NCBI GenBank assembly: GCA_937625935.1
Contig: OW569365.1
Coordinates: 310,001-374,000 of the forward strand
Direction of reading: 5' to 3'
Source of the DNA: Tetramitus jugosus
Taxonomy: Eukaryota > Protista > Heterolobosea
DNA length: 64,000 nt
The notes under the pieces are model-generated. The model did not search any database. It saw only the letters and a list, made by a program, of their open reading frames with translations, and was not told where the DNA came from. Positions 22,987 to 34,595 of this stretch are shown in pieces. Numbering within the stretch: the stretch's first letter is position 1; every line of letters begins with the position of its first letter. The position numbers were made by a program, and so were the translations under genes.

Positions 22987-23925
22987 TTACATTGATTGGT
23001 GGTGCTGTTGTGGATGAGATGGATAAGGATACATGGTTTGGGGTACTGATGGCATGGGCATGGGAGGATAGGATTGCTGATGTTGGTGTTGGTGTTGTGG
23101 GTGATGTTGGTGTTGAGGAGACAAGAATGAGGGAGCATTCTGATAATAGTGGTTCTCTGGGACATGGGGATGCATTTGGTGATGCATAAATGATACTTCA
23201 GTACTTATGGTATGTATTGGATTCATTTCTTGGATTTCAATGCTACAGCTACCTAGAGTGCTGGTGCTACCATCACTCAATTCATCATCCAGTAAGTCGT
23301 CATCATCGTCATCGTCATCATAATACTCCTCAAATGCCATATTGAGTGAATCACAAGAGTCTGGCGAGGAGCCGAGGTAATGTTGGGAGTTGGCTGGGTC
23401 TGTAAGGTCTTCAGAGTTAAGTCTATATCTCTTTCTTCCTCCACCGGATTCCTCTCCCTCAGTGTCAGGTTGTGCTCCTGAGATTCTCTTGTTACTCCAG
23501 GATGATTTCAGTTTGAATAGTCTTCTTTTCTCTCTCTTTATTGCCCTCTTCTTCTGCATGAGCTGGAATCTCATCTCCTTCTGCCAATTCAATTGTTTTT
23601 GTTGTTGTTCTTCATCTTCTGAATACATTGGGTAACTTCGAAGAGATTGATACTGTAACATAACCGACATCCAGTATTCCCAAGTGTTGTTAGTTGGAAC
23701 ATGAAGAAGTGGGTCTCTAGCAGCCTCGGGAAGAGTTCCTAACTGAGCAACATCAACCTTTGCGAATTGGTCCTGAATTACTCTTACAAACTCTTCTCTC
23801 TCCTCCTCTTTGATAATCTTTTCGGCGTCTTCATCCAAGAGAACCTTTCTTTTTCTCTTTGCCTTTTGTTGTTGGGACAATTGAGGATTATCTATCTCTG
23901 AGTTGGTTAGACAAGCGGTTGACAT
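22987..23925 (-). CDS. Hypothetical low-complexity protein, probably nuclear
   Basis: Open frame from ATG 23925 with basic NLS-like runs (KAKRKRK, KKRAIKREKRR), an acidic tract and an H/Q/P-rich tail. Confidence 0.6.
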   Translation of the reverse strand: MSTACLTNSEIDNPQLSQQQKAKRKRKVLLDEDAEKIIKEEEREEFVRVIQDQFAKVDVAQLGTLPEAARDPLLHVPTNNTWEYWMSVMLQYQSLRSYPMYSEDEEQQQKQLNWQKEMRFQLMQKKRAIKREKRRLFKLKSSWSNKRISGAQPDTEGEESGGGRKRYRLNSEDLTDPANSQHYLGSSPDSCDSLNMAFEEYYDDDDDDDDLLDDELSDGSTSTLGSCSIEIQEMNPIHTISTEVSFMHHQMHPHVPENHYYQNAPSFLSPQHQHHPQHQHQHQQSYPPMPMPSVPQTMYPYPSHPQQHHQSM

Positions 23926-24326
23926 TGGATGTAGGAGGAGGATTATGAAAGCTTTTTGTTGTGTTATCGTTATTGGGAATAACAAGTGTTTGGGTGTTTT
24001 TGCCAGAGTATTGTAGTACATTAGAATTGGCATTAATAGCGTGCAGAGTTTAAAATCGAGTATCAAGCTACATCGTATCTTTAGGTAATCCTTTGTGTCC
24101 AGGTAACACTTGAGCTCATGTGCCATAAACATCATGTGACAGTCCAAAGTTAGGTCTCCAAGCAATCGGAGCTTCCATTCAAAAAAGAAAACAATGGTTC
24201 CGAGTAATTCCAACACCTATTTAGGAGACTTCTTTCGTTTGTCCCATTTGTAGTCGCGGCCAATTTTTACTCTTTGATTTCCGCTTTCCGCTCCCCTGAA
24301 CACCGGCAAGGCAAAATAGTAAAAAC

Positions 24327-24411
24327 AGGACATAGTGTGAATCGAACACACGACCATAGGATGATGTTGCATTATTTGCAATCCCATGCTCTACCGCTGA
24401 GCTATATGTCC
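24327..24411 (-). tRNA. tRNA-Cys(GCA) with a 13-nt intron at the canonical 37/38 position
   Basis: Acceptor stem GGACATA/TATGTCC, D arm TAGCTCAGCGGTAGAGC, anticodon arm TGGGA-TTGCAA[ATAATGCAACATC]A-TCCTA, T arm GTGTG-TTCGATT-CACAC. Confidence 0.93.
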
Positions 24412-24635
24412 TTGATATTCATTGTCAAAAATATTGCGCTTTTAGCCTCATCTATCCGCGTCCACGTCATTTGTCCAAAAATAAAAATGTTCTAAATATC
24501 CGATCTCCTAAAAGCGCGAGTTGTCTTTTCACTTACAACTTTCCCATCAAAACACACACAGAACAAAGCTATCATTTCAAATTGGTCATCATCACACTGT
24601 GTGTAATGTCCATATCATTTTAATAATCAATCATC

Positions 24636-26138
24636 ATGAGCAATAACCCATCTGACTTGAAATTAAAGCTTCGATTCGCACCTGCTCCCCTCCCCAAGAA
24701 CACTGCTGTCAGTGGTGTCTCTCTCGGTGATGCACTCACAGCTGAAAACATTTTTGGTTCCTCAGAGGACCGAACCGCTCAGATCCAGAGAGGTGTCGAA
24801 CAAACCATTCTCAATGACATGAGAACAAGGAGTCATGTCGACGTCTGGGGTGATCCATTGTCTTGTTGTAGAGACGCTGTCGAAAGTATTGTCAAGGATT
24901 CGTTTACAGAGTGTTTTAGACCGAGACCACCTGACAATTGGAGTTTTGGACCCATTTTGTTTGTCATGTGGTTGATGGGTGCCTTTTTCCGATTTTTCAT
25001 CTTGTTCCCGATTCGTGTCGTGTTGTTGCTGTTGGGATCAGTCGTGTTTGCACTGGGATGCGTTGTTCTATCGTTCATTTTGCCCATTGTGGTGTCTGGT
25101 CCTGCATCGAGTGCTGCACTGAGAAGAAGAAGATTGTCTGCCTCGACAATTGCTACGACTGGTACTACTACTGCTACTACTGCTACGGCAACAGCAACAG
25201 CATCACACCAACAAAATGAATTGACAGAGGAGGAGATTGAAGTAGAGAAGAAGAAGCTTCAATCCTACTACTATAAAAAGTGGCTCGGTTTTTATTCCAT
25301 GTGGTGGACGTTTGTGTTGGCCATTGTGATCAAGACACATGGAACACCACCTGTGAAACGACCAAATCAAATCTATGTGGCCAATCATACGAGTTTGATT
25401 GATTTTATTGCATTGAAGAGTATTGTTGATTTGGCTACGGTTGGACAGAAGCACGTGGGACTTGTTGGATTCATGCAGGATCGTATGGTGAGTGGTATTT
25501 GGTTTGAACGATTTGAGACAAAGCAGAGAACGAGTGCTGCTGATTTGATTACGAATTGGATCGAGAATCCAAAGAATGATCGATTGTTGATCTTCCCAGA
25601 AGGTGTTTGCGTCAACAATGAATACTGTGTCATGTTCAAAAAGCGAGTGTTCGAGATTGAAAATGTTGAAATTTGCCCAATTGCTGTAAAGTACAACAAG
25701 AGTTGGAGTGATCCTTATTGGAGCTCAAAAGACGAAAGTTTCATTGGACACATCTTCAGACTGATGAGAAGTTGGTGTACCGTGTGTGATGTGTGGTTCC
25801 AAGAGCCAGAGAAGATGCGCGATGGTGAAACGGGAGTTGAATTTTCGAGTCGTGTCAAGGCCAGCATTGCTCGACGTGCTGGACTGAAGAACTTGGCCTT
25901 TGATGGCTACTTGAAGTACTATGTTGCTTCTGAAAAGTTGGGTGAGAAACGGAAGAAACTGTGGGCTGAGAAGCTTTTGGAACAGTTCCCAGAGATTTCA
26001 AATGCTGCCACTGCCATTGAGCAACCGCAACCAGAACAGCAAGAAGAACAAGAGGAATCATCGAACAAGGAAGAAGTGGATGCCACTTCGCCCAGTGGAT
26101 ACACTGAAGAAACAAACGAGTCCAAGAAGGACCAATAA
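24636..26138 (+). CDS. Glycerol-3-phosphate acyltransferase (GPAT3/4, GPAT9 type)
   Basis: ESIVKDSFTECF, YVANHTSLID, LLIFPEGVCVNNEYCVMFKK, PIAVKYNK and FSSRVKASIARRAGL. Confidence 0.92.
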   Translation: MSNNPSDLKLKLRFAPAPLPKNTAVSGVSLGDALTAENIFGSSEDRTAQIQRGVEQTILNDMRTRSHVDVWGDPLSCCRDAVESIVKDSFTECFRPRPPDNWSFGPILFVMWLMGAFFRFFILFPIRVVLLLLGSVVFALGCVVLSFILPIVVSGPASSAALRRRRLSASTIATTGTTTATTATATATASHQQNELTEEEIEVEKKKLQSYYYKKWLGFYSMWWTFVLAIVIKTHGTPPVKRPNQIYVANHTSLIDFIALKSIVDLATVGQKHVGLVGFMQDRMVSGIWFERFETKQRTSAADLITNWIENPKNDRLLIFPEGVCVNNEYCVMFKKRVFEIENVEICPIAVKYNKSWSDPYWSSKDESFIGHIFRLMRSWCTVCDVWFQEPEKMRDGETGVEFSSRVKASIARRAGLKNLAFDGYLKYYVASEKLGEKRKKLWAEKLLEQFPEISNAATAIEQPQPEQQEEQEESSNKEEVDATSPSGYTEETNESKKDQ

Positions 26139-26236
26139 AACCTGAACGACATTTTATTTATGCAAAAAGTTTTTGAAGTACTGATTGTTGATGTAATCTT
26201 ACAATAGGGTCAACTTTATATATGATAACCACCTTC

Positions 26237-27517
26237 TTACAACATGTACATGATGCTCATGACAATAGCAAAGAGAAGCATAGAGTATTGACCAACAGTC
26301 CTCATGGCAGAGCTAGTAACAGGGGATTCTTGTGCACCAGCAGAAGGATCCCAGTACAAGTTGTCTACTTGCTCCTCAGAAAGGAACCACAGTCTGAAGA
26401 CCTTGAAATCATCGTCTTCAAAATTGTCCAAGCTTTTAAAATCTTTCCAACTGTCCAGACTGATAGTAGCCTTGGATGTTGTCAATGTCTTTGACACATA
26501 GACACCACTGGCTGTCCTGACAGAAATGTACTTGTCCCAGGAGAGGAAACCTCCACCAATAGTAGAGTTTCCATCATCAATCTTGAACACGGATTGGAAC
26601 TTGGAGACGGATTCTGGAGTGTCTGCCTGGCTTGCCTCCTCACTCTCCTTTCTCTCTCCAGTTCCCTTGGAAATGAAGAAGGATCCAATGGCCAAACGAG
26701 TATTATTGTTCGTGTACTGAACACCTTCAACGCTCAATGAGAGCTTGATGGTGTTTGGAGTCAAGATTCTTCTCGCCTTGGAGATGACGTTTGGTAGGGA
26801 GACTTCGACTTGCTTTGGGGTCACAATGGCCTGAAGTGTCACCTTGGACACAAATGAGGTGTTCAATGAGAGAGAGGTGCTACAAACGATTGGAGTGGCA
26901 TCGTTATAGGTGTTCAACAAATCACTCAATGAAGTACTGTTGTTACAAGTGATCTCGGACCATGAATTCATATCCCCACGAACATTATCGTTCAACAACA
27001 ATGTACTAACAACATTGTTCTTTGAAATGTCAAACGAACCATCAGCACTCACGGTTGGAGGAACAACTTCGACAATACGATCGAAACCGAGTCTGGCAGC
27101 AAAGTTGGAAGCAGAGCTTGATTCCAACTTGAGTGCACGAATAGCAAACTGTGGCAATTTGTCCGAGCTGAGCACAAATCGAAGAATATTGGCACGTTCT
27201 TCTTCCTTGTTGTTGTTGTCACTGCTGCCATTGTCAGTGCTATTGCTCTTTCTATATCCAGTTGAGGGAGTGGATGAGGAGCACTTGGAAACACTGGTAA
27301 TGGACAATGTGTTACCACTGTTGCTCAAATTGGCCTTGAACTTTCTTCCACAGTACTTTGCAATGTGGGGATCAGTGTCCACAGTGAAATCTGGCTCAAT
27401 CTCATGGTCATGACCTTCGTGGGCATGGACGATGCTGTTGCTGGACATGAGTGACAGTGCCAACAGAGTAAAGACAATGAAGGCAAGGAAAATCTTGGTC
27501 TTACAGTTGTAAATCAT
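26237..27517 (-). CDS. Secreted, probably GPI-anchored surface protein of unknown function
   Basis: Signal peptide, then HAHEGHDH, many NxS/T sites, LYWDPS, and SSA followed by a hydrophobic C-terminus. Confidence 0.7.
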   Translation of the reverse strand: MIYNCKTKIFLAFIVFTLLALSLMSSNSIVHAHEGHDHEIEPDFTVDTDPHIAKYCGRKFKANLSNSGNTLSITSVSKCSSSTPSTGYRKSNSTDNGSSDNNNKEEERANILRFVLSSDKLPQFAIRALKLESSSASNFAARLGFDRIVEVVPPTVSADGSFDISKNNVVSTLLLNDNVRGDMNSWSEITCNNSTSLSDLLNTYNDATPIVCSTSLSLNTSFVSKVTLQAIVTPKQVEVSLPNVISKARRILTPNTIKLSLSVEGVQYTNNNTRLAIGSFFISKGTGERKESEEASQADTPESVSKFQSVFKIDDGNSTIGGGFLSWDKYISVRTASGVYVSKTLTTSKATISLDSWKDFKSLDNFEDDDFKVFRLWFLSEEQVDNLYWDPSAGAQESPVTSSAMRTVGQYSMLLFAIVMSIMYML

Positions 27518-27933
27518 GATTGAAGTTATGATTTGCTAGGGAGTTGAAATTTTAATTCTGATTGTTTTGTTTTGTCACAATTGAAATCAAACACTTTGCT
27601 TTTATAGGTCCCATCCGTGGATCCACCTAGTCGTAATGGAGTGAGCAAGTTCAATTGCGCGTAATCGTTTGATGAACGTTCTGGGGTCAGGAATTCTACA
27701 ACACTTCATCTGTCAAGATTTGACGGTTCGCTTTGCCTGTGATGGTGAAGGAATCCTTCCAACGACGATAATGGAAGCGAAATTTCTACCCCATCAACAC
27801 CTTCTAACAAGACTGTGATGATACAACAGTTTAGGTTGGTACTTGGGTGATGAAAGGAAATTAAGTTTTATTTTGCATGTCGGGAGGTGGTAACAGGATG
27901 TCCTGTCCTCTAGGTGGCTTGCACTCTAAATAT

Positions 27934-28923
27934 TTAGTCCACAATCTCCAAACCATCCCACAGCATGTCCATGACAGCCTTCTTGTATTGAGGATCGACA
28001 AACTCGTACTCCTCCATCTGTTGTCTTGTGACCCATGCATGATCATCAAATGTGGCACCCAGCTTCTCAAAAGGTGGTCTTCCACCCATGTAGAACACAT
28101 GGTAGAAAAAGGTCTTGTCATCAGCAGACTTTTCATACACGTTCAATGGAGCGTGACTGTTAAAGTGGCCTAGAACCTTCTTGCCCATATCTCTCTGGAA
28201 CTTGAATTGTGCAGAGGCTCTCAAGCTCTCTGGGTCCTTTCGTCTTGCTTCTGGGAACTTCCACTTGCCAGTTGCCTTGTCTCTAAAGATCAAAAAGAGA
28301 CGCTTGGAGAGGCATCTGTTGATTGAGTATCTATTGTCATCAAAGTCATCTTGAGTGTACACTGGTTGAGGCTTCCAATTCTTCATCCAATAGTCTCTCA
28401 CTGGTGAAAAATAATTTCTGCCCTGATTTCTCTCAAACTCCAAGTGTTCCTTTCCTGATCTCTTTGGTGGATTAGGGACAACAATGTGACCGTCCTTCTT
28501 GTCCTTTACGGCCTTACGTTTCAACTTTTTCCACTCCTCAAAATAATCAAAGAAATCCTCCCATTGATGACGTGAATAGTACTGACGGTTCGCAAAAGAC
28601 AATTGATTAAAGTCGTACTCGGCTGGATGATGAACTGGGTGAAGCTTTGGCGTACGTTCCAACACATAGGCTGCTCTGAGCTTCTCTGGTCCCTCATAGA
28701 ACACTTTTTTTGGTATGTCTGCTTCTGGGATTGGCAGTGGTGGCAGTTTTTTTCGTTCATCAGGTGAAATGAAGAAAATGGTACGCTTTTGTGGTTGTTG
28801 TTGGTGAGCGAGTGGTAATATATTGGATGATGATGGGGTGTTATGTGTTATGGCGACAACACGGTTGTTTTTGATGGCGCATGCGACAAGGTTGCGACTA
28901 TTCTGCTTGTTTATATTCATCAT
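27934..28923 (-). CDS. MRPL46: Mitochondrial ribosomal protein mL46 (Nudix-like)
   Basis: LRAAYVLERTP, DNRYSINRCLSKRLFLI, WKFPE..ESLRASA, KTFFY and DHAWVTRQQM. Confidence 0.85.
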   Translation of the reverse strand: MMNINKQNSRNLVACAIKNNRVVAITHNTPSSSNILPLAHQQQPQKRTIFFISPDERKKLPPLPIPEADIPKKVFYEGPEKLRAAYVLERTPKLHPVHHPAEYDFNQLSFANRQYYSRHQWEDFFDYFEEWKKLKRKAVKDKKDGHIVVPNPPKRSGKEHLEFERNQGRNYFSPVRDYWMKNWKPQPVYTQDDFDDNRYSINRCLSKRLFLIFRDKATGKWKFPEARRKDPESLRASAQFKFQRDMGKKVLGHFNSHAPLNVYEKSADDKTFFYHVFYMGGRPPFEKLGATFDDHAWVTRQQMEEYEFVDPQYKKAVMDMLWDGLEIVD

Positions 28924-29174
28924 CTTTGTTTCACGCGATTGCACAAAATCACAACTTATTCTTCAGAGGATGATGAGCAAATGAATTTTTTTGTGTGGTG
29001 TCGAAAAAAGTTTGCATTTTCGCGATAATTTTGCCTACATTTCTCCCGCCATCGAGTTGACCTTCGTCGGAGGTGGAGAAAATTTACAAGATAATCAAAT
29101 GGCTGGAATTCGCAGAAACGGAGCTTTTCTCGTCCAAAAACAAAAACTCGGAAAGCAACAACTGTGATGTGCAC

Positions 29175-32100
29175 ATGAATATGGTTCAAACACAACAAGC
29201 ACGAAGCCGTAGAGAATCCTCTCTTGGTTTTCTCAGAGATCTCAATCAATCCTCTCCCAGTTCCACATCGACTCCTGGCCACTACCTGCGCAATACCAAT
29301 AGGCACAATAAGAGTATCAGAGCTGATACAGGGAGCAATGATCATTACCATATGGCGAAGAATCAAGATGTCACAACAAAGACATCAACCGACACGAACG
29401 AAAACAACATTGACGGTAATATACAAGCTTTGAGATCACTGTTTCGCGACTATGAGTACATGCTTTCTCAGAATGAAGATACCAAGCGTCTGTATGACTT
29501 GTATGTTCAATTGCGATTGGAATTGAGAATGTCTACCAACAAGAGTAATGATGACTCTGATCGTGAGGGATGGTATCGTCGCACGTGTCACCAAAAATTG
29601 GAAGTGTTCTTGACTTTGTTGATCATTGTCGAAATATTTTCTGGTAGTCTGAGTATGGATCGCGTTGCACACATGTTTTATTCTGATATAGGAAGACATC
29701 AGCTTTTGAATGGTCCAAGTAGCTTGGGCGGCAGTGTTGGAAATGATTTTGTAGCGACACTGTTGAAACGGCCGATGCTTCAAACAGGAAAGTTGTTCAG
29801 TCATTGGAAAAAGAATCAATCCAACTATTTATTTGATCGCCTGTATAAAATAATACCGAATGTGTTACTGTCAGAACGAGCAGATGAATCTCAAAAATTA
29901 ACCTATTCGATCATATGTGATTCACTAATGCCAGAACGGTACTCTGAGATGGACAGTATCAAACAAAGTTTGACCAATAGCAGTCAAGAGGTTTATAGAC
30001 AGGGAGAAACGATGCTTTTCCTTCAAATTTTGTACATAAAGTATCTGGATGCTTCAGATACGTTGGCTTATCGTGATGTGAAGCGAGTATTTTATTGTGT
30101 GAAAAAGATGAGAGGAGAAGAGGTATTGTTTGGTAAGAGAATGAGTAAATGGATCGATTTATTTGTCAAGAGGAAGATCAGATTCATGGAACAGTCTCTC
30201 GTGGAAGTTCATTTGAATCAACTGTTTGAATCCCATCGCTTAAAGATTGTTCATCACGATTTTTCGAATAACAATTTAGACAAGAGGGAGATGGACGCGC
30301 AGTTGTTGTTGAGCATGAGTATTATATGTCGACGATTTACCCAATCAGATGGTAAACTGGATATTGATGAAAAGCAGTTACAGTTTTTATGTGCCAATAA
30401 GACAACTTTTCGGTCATTGATCATACCAACAATCAACAATATAGAAAATGTACAAAATGGAAAAGAGAAGCGATTGCTGTTAAACGAGTTTTCGTCGATA
30501 ATAGTTCGAATATACCACCATCTAGTGTTTGATAAGAACATACTGGATAATACATCTCTCCTATCGAATACTATACTTTGTCAGAGATTGTTATTATCCC
30601 TACTACATCATTGGAGGTCACTCAGCAATGTTGAGTGTGAAAGTAAGAACTATACCAGGTTTGCCAACCATACTCTTGCCCTTAACTTTACCGAGTGGAT
30701 ACCGTCAATATTCGAGACCTGCAAGCGAATACTTTTTAAGTATGGTAGTCAATTTGTCCTCGTGTCGAAGAGTTTAAAGATCTTGGGTAAAACATATGAG
30801 TTGACAATTAAACTTCAACACATATTGAACAATCGAATCAACCTCTCACCAAGTATAAGCTTTGCCCAAATCGAGAGGGAAACATTATTAATATTTCAGA
30901 ACTATCTTAGCAATCAACTTCCTCGGGTATTATTATTTTATGCTTCCAGAAATTTATTTCCATACAAGCAGTACAAAGAAGTTCTGAATGGGATTATAAC
31001 GCTCGTTACTACAACTAAGCACTTTGGATACAATTCAGACACTCCATTGGAAATATATATAGAATCGCAAGTATTTGATGATTTAGTGACTAAAGTGTTA
31101 ACTGTTCCCCAATTTATAGATGAGTCAGCCGTGAGGATAAGAAGTGGTCGGAGTAGTGCTGGTTTGCAAGGATTACAGCAATCCGTTAGTTTGCATGTTG
31201 CGGATTTTTCCACTGATTGGAAGGTGAAGCATGCCAAGTTAATGTTTTTATTCTCTGCAAGAATTGCAAAATTCAACCAATCTTGTTGGCTTCCACAGAT
31301 TATCACAATTGTGTCAAGGGAGGCTCAAAAAACTCAGAAGCGACCACAGCACATGTATGTCCTACTTTCAGCAATCGCTAGCTTAGTATCAGAGAAACTG
31401 TTGTCATACAACAGCGATAACAGAGATGAGAGAGATATTTTTAAAGTATTAGAGGTTATCACGAAAAATCCACACTACAACAGTCCAGAAATATTGACTC
31501 TCCTCATACAGATATCTCCCCACCTTTCTGATGATGAGGAAAGGTTTGTGATTCAGGACAAGGTTCTATTTCTTCAAAAGTTGTGGAGTACATGCCTTGT
31601 TCCTCTCTTTAAACAACCTCTGCTCAACATTAGTGGGAATATTCAAAATATTCAACTCATGAAAAAGTCTGAGTTCTATTCAATGAGATTTTTATTTATT
31701 AATGGTATGGGTAGAATGGCACGAAGAGATCGTAATCTCATAGCACAAGTTTTGAATGAGTATGTTGTTCATATTGTTTATGTTTATGTTATGTGTTGTT
31801 GTCACTAACGCGTCAATAGTGTGGAGAAGTTTGTCAAAGAAATAGCAAAGGAGCATAGCAGTTTTAGCCACGCCAAAGATGATGAGAAGAACCAAACTGT
31901 TCTCGATTTTATTAGTGATATCAGTTCTTCTGTTACGGTTCTTATTTGGAGATTAGTTGAACCGATGGAACCAGATGGCTCACAAGTGACAGATGCTCAG
32001 TGTGTCCAATGTCTTAAAGTAATGAGCTTCATAGAGATGTTCCGAGCGGATAGTATGGCATATCGTGAAGCACTAAAATGCATCATCAACCACTGTTCGA

Positions 32101-33041
32101 ATACTGAAATTTTGATTCCTACGAGCAAAATGTCCCAACAACTATTGTCCGTTTCTGGAAATTTGACAGTTAAGCACTTTAGATTGTTGTTCTATGTACG
32201 ACTAGCGACCACTTTACTTAAACGGCAGCATGATGAATCACCTAAGGAATCAAAAACATTTATCAGCAAAAAGGTGATAGTTCAGCGCATCATACCACTA
32301 ATGTTCTCTTGTATGGAGTTGTATCCAGACATTATTATCAGAGAGCATAGCAGTACGAAGATTTCTACCGCTAGCAGCACTTGGAGTATGATTATTCAAC
32401 AATGCTATCAATTGTTTTTGCAGTTCTTTGTCGCATCTCCTAACGAAGAAGGCATGAGTTTAAAGGTTGATACTCAAGGACATGTTGAGTCAGTGCGGAA
32501 TGCCTTAATTCCCCACTATCTAAAAATTATTGAGGATAAGTTATTCAATGTGCCACCAACTAGTCTTCCGTCCATGTACAAGAAGAAGGTCGAGGTTCTT
32601 AGGAGAAAATTTTGTGAGCAATCGTTAGTTATGATCCCTAAAATTGCTCCGAGACTCAACCATGCCATGGTCGAATATTTGTCAATGCGATTAGAGGATT
32701 TCATGGTGCGAAAGATTGACTCTTTAGCATCTGAGGTCACCACAACCAACACTGACTCACTCACAAGAATCAACGAAGAATTGAACATGATATTCTATGT
32801 GTGCTCTCAATCAACAATGGTTGTATCATTGGATGACATGAATCAAGTCATGCTGCCCACAATCGCTAGAATTTTCGCCAAGTTCCATCTCAGCCGTGAC
32901 AGCGGCAGTCATCATAGCTCTCTGCTCCAAGCAAAGCAATCCTGCTTGAACATGTTCTATCAAATCATATCAAAGTGCATGGATTACACTCGTAAGCAAG
33001 CATGCATTCACTTTTATCTTTCACTTGTTGAGAGTCTCTGA
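29175..33041 (+). CDS. Large alpha-helical (ARM/HEAT-like) hypothetical protein; exons 29175-31759 and 31820-33041
   Basis: The intron 31760-31819 (GTATGT..ACTAAC..TAG) joins the 911-aa and 406-aa ORFs in frame. The sequence is Leu/Ile-rich and helical throughout. Confidence 0.7.
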
Positions 33042-33124
33042 GACTCTTCTGTAAAGCGTTTGAAGTTTGGAAATTCAAAAAAATATGCATTCACAAACAA
33101 CAAAACAAGAGAGTCTCACTCAAC

Positions 33125-34060
33125 ATGTTCCGTCAATGTTTCAAGCCAAGCCATTGCCTGTACAATCGGTCACAAAAAACAGCCTTCAGGGATAAACCGA
33201 TCGGTCATGATCGCAAGGATTTCCTTCTAATTGCTCGGGGCGTTCCAGGAACTCGAAAGCAAAAGCTAAAGTATGATGCGTGGTATAGGCAGAAATCTCC
33301 AGAGCTTCACTATGATGAAACGTTTTTGTACTTGCCATCGAGCTTAAAGGTTGTGTACGACACGATCAATCGTGGTCAAAACGAATGGCTCATTCAGGGC
33401 AAACAAAACTTTTCATTTTATCGTTTTTTGGGGTTGGATGATAGTGGTCAAACTGGAATGGAAAACGAGAAGAACAAGTGTGAAATTAACTTGGAGATTT
33501 GTTCCGGGTTTGGTCAATGGTTCCGGGAGAGAGTATCAGAGACTCCCTTGAACCAGAACGTGAGATGGATTGCATGTGAATTGAAGTTTCGTCGCTGTGT
33601 TTCAATCCTAGGTCGGTTGCATCATTATTTAGAACCGAATATGATTCGGGAGATACCAAGAGTCATATGTGCTGAAGCGTCATTCGGATTGGACAATTTA
33701 TTTCCTGATGCGAGTTGCGATAATGTGTATATTCGATTCCCGGAGCCATGGACTAAGGCTCAAGATGCTCATAAACGAATTATAAGTCACTCGTTTGGCT
33801 TGTTGCTCGCTTGGAAGATTAAACGCCATGGTACATTGACAGTTACCACGGATGATCCAATTTTCAGAGATTGGACAATCCAAGTCATGTGGCAAATGAG
33901 AGAATTATGGAATTTTGAAGGAGTAGCAGAAGAACAAAGAAGTGCTGAAGACATGATTGACTTCGATGAAACACTGGAAGAGAGAGACGAAGGAGGATTT
34001 GAAAACTTATTGAGAGAAAGAGGTTGCACGATCTATCACCTCAAATATGTGAGAGCATAA
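33125..34060 (+). CDS. tRNA (guanine-N7)-methyltransferase, bacterial TrmB-like, with a possible mitochondrial presequence
   Basis: LEICSGFGQW, WIACE, IRFPEPWTK..HKRII and VTTDD. The N-terminus is basic. Confidence 0.78.
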   Translation: MFRQCFKPSHCLYNRSQKTAFRDKPIGHDRKDFLLIARGVPGTRKQKLKYDAWYRQKSPELHYDETFLYLPSSLKVVYDTINRGQNEWLIQGKQNFSFYRFLGLDDSGQTGMENEKNKCEINLEICSGFGQWFRERVSETPLNQNVRWIACELKFRRCVSILGRLHHYLEPNMIREIPRVICAEASFGLDNLFPDASCDNVYIRFPEPWTKAQDAHKRIISHSFGLLLAWKIKRHGTLTVTTDDPIFRDWTIQVMWQMRELWNFEGVAEEQRSAEDMIDFDETLEERDEGGFENLLRERGCTIYHLKYVRA

Positions 34061-34107
34061 ACTGAAATCCGAGCCTTTCAATCAGGTATTATTTGTTATT
34101 TATTCGT

Positions 34108-34419
34108 TCATCCCAAACTGAAGTCCACCACACATTGCTTCAACTTGTAACCACCACATACCGCCAATTTCTTTAATACTGAGCTGAATCTCTCATGCTC
34201 CATTCCCAACTGTAGTTCCTCTCTGCTCTCGACGGGATATTGTCCTATCATCAAACCTTGCTCCCTCGAGACTCTAGAGTTTGTCATTATCATTTTCAAC
34301 AACTCATGAGACCCTGGTCCGAACTTGATTCCTGTCTTTCTTAGAGTATTGAGGATATCATCCCTTGTCTCTCCTCCTTCTGCGCGTAATGTGACTTCGG
34401 CGACATAGTCCACACGCAT
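34108..34419 (-). CDS. Small hypothetical ORF (103 aa) divergent from tRNA-Met
   Basis: ATG-initiated ORF that fills the gap between TrmB and the tRNA. No recognisable motif. Confidence 0.35.
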   Translation of the reverse strand: MRVDYVAEVTLRAEGGETRDDILNTLRKTGIKFGPGSHELLKMIMTNSRVSREQGLMIGQYPVESREELQLGMEHERFSSVLKKLAVCGGYKLKQCVVDFSLG

Positions 34420-34466
34420 CCTGCCCTAAGCGTCTGGGTCCACATAGGTTATTTTTAAGTATCCGA

Positions 34467-34540
34467 GCGGGTTTGGCGCAGCTGGTAGTCGCGTAGGTCT
34501 CATAATCCTAAGGTCGTGAGTTCGATCCTCACAACCCGCA
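34467..34540 (+). tRNA. Elongator tRNA-Met(CAT)
   Basis: Acceptor GCGGGTT/AACCCGC, anticodon arm TAGGT-CTCATAA-TCCTA, T arm GTGAG-TTCGATC-CTCAC. G1-C72 and TTC in the T loop indicate the elongator rather than the initiator. Confidence 0.92.
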
Positions 34541-34595
34541 ACTGTTTTATTTTCCTGTAAATACGGCCACCGGCCACCGTAAATTGAAGAGCAAA

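Noticed and set aside
23926-24216. 97-codon non-ATG N-terminal extension of the 22987 ORF; similar extensions exist at 3224, 5226, 29073 and 49574
   Set aside because: These arise because the ORF track allows GTG/TTG starts or distant upstream starts. In this eukaryote they look like UTR or promoter sequence.
24412-24635. Retroelement insertion upstream of tRNA-Cys
   Set aside because: No poly(A), TSD or ORF remnant is present, so the site appears empty.
27600-27870. Possible C/D snoRNA (TGATGA motifs in the intergenic gap)
   Set aside because: I found no matching CTGA D box, terminal stem or recognisable rRNA guide.
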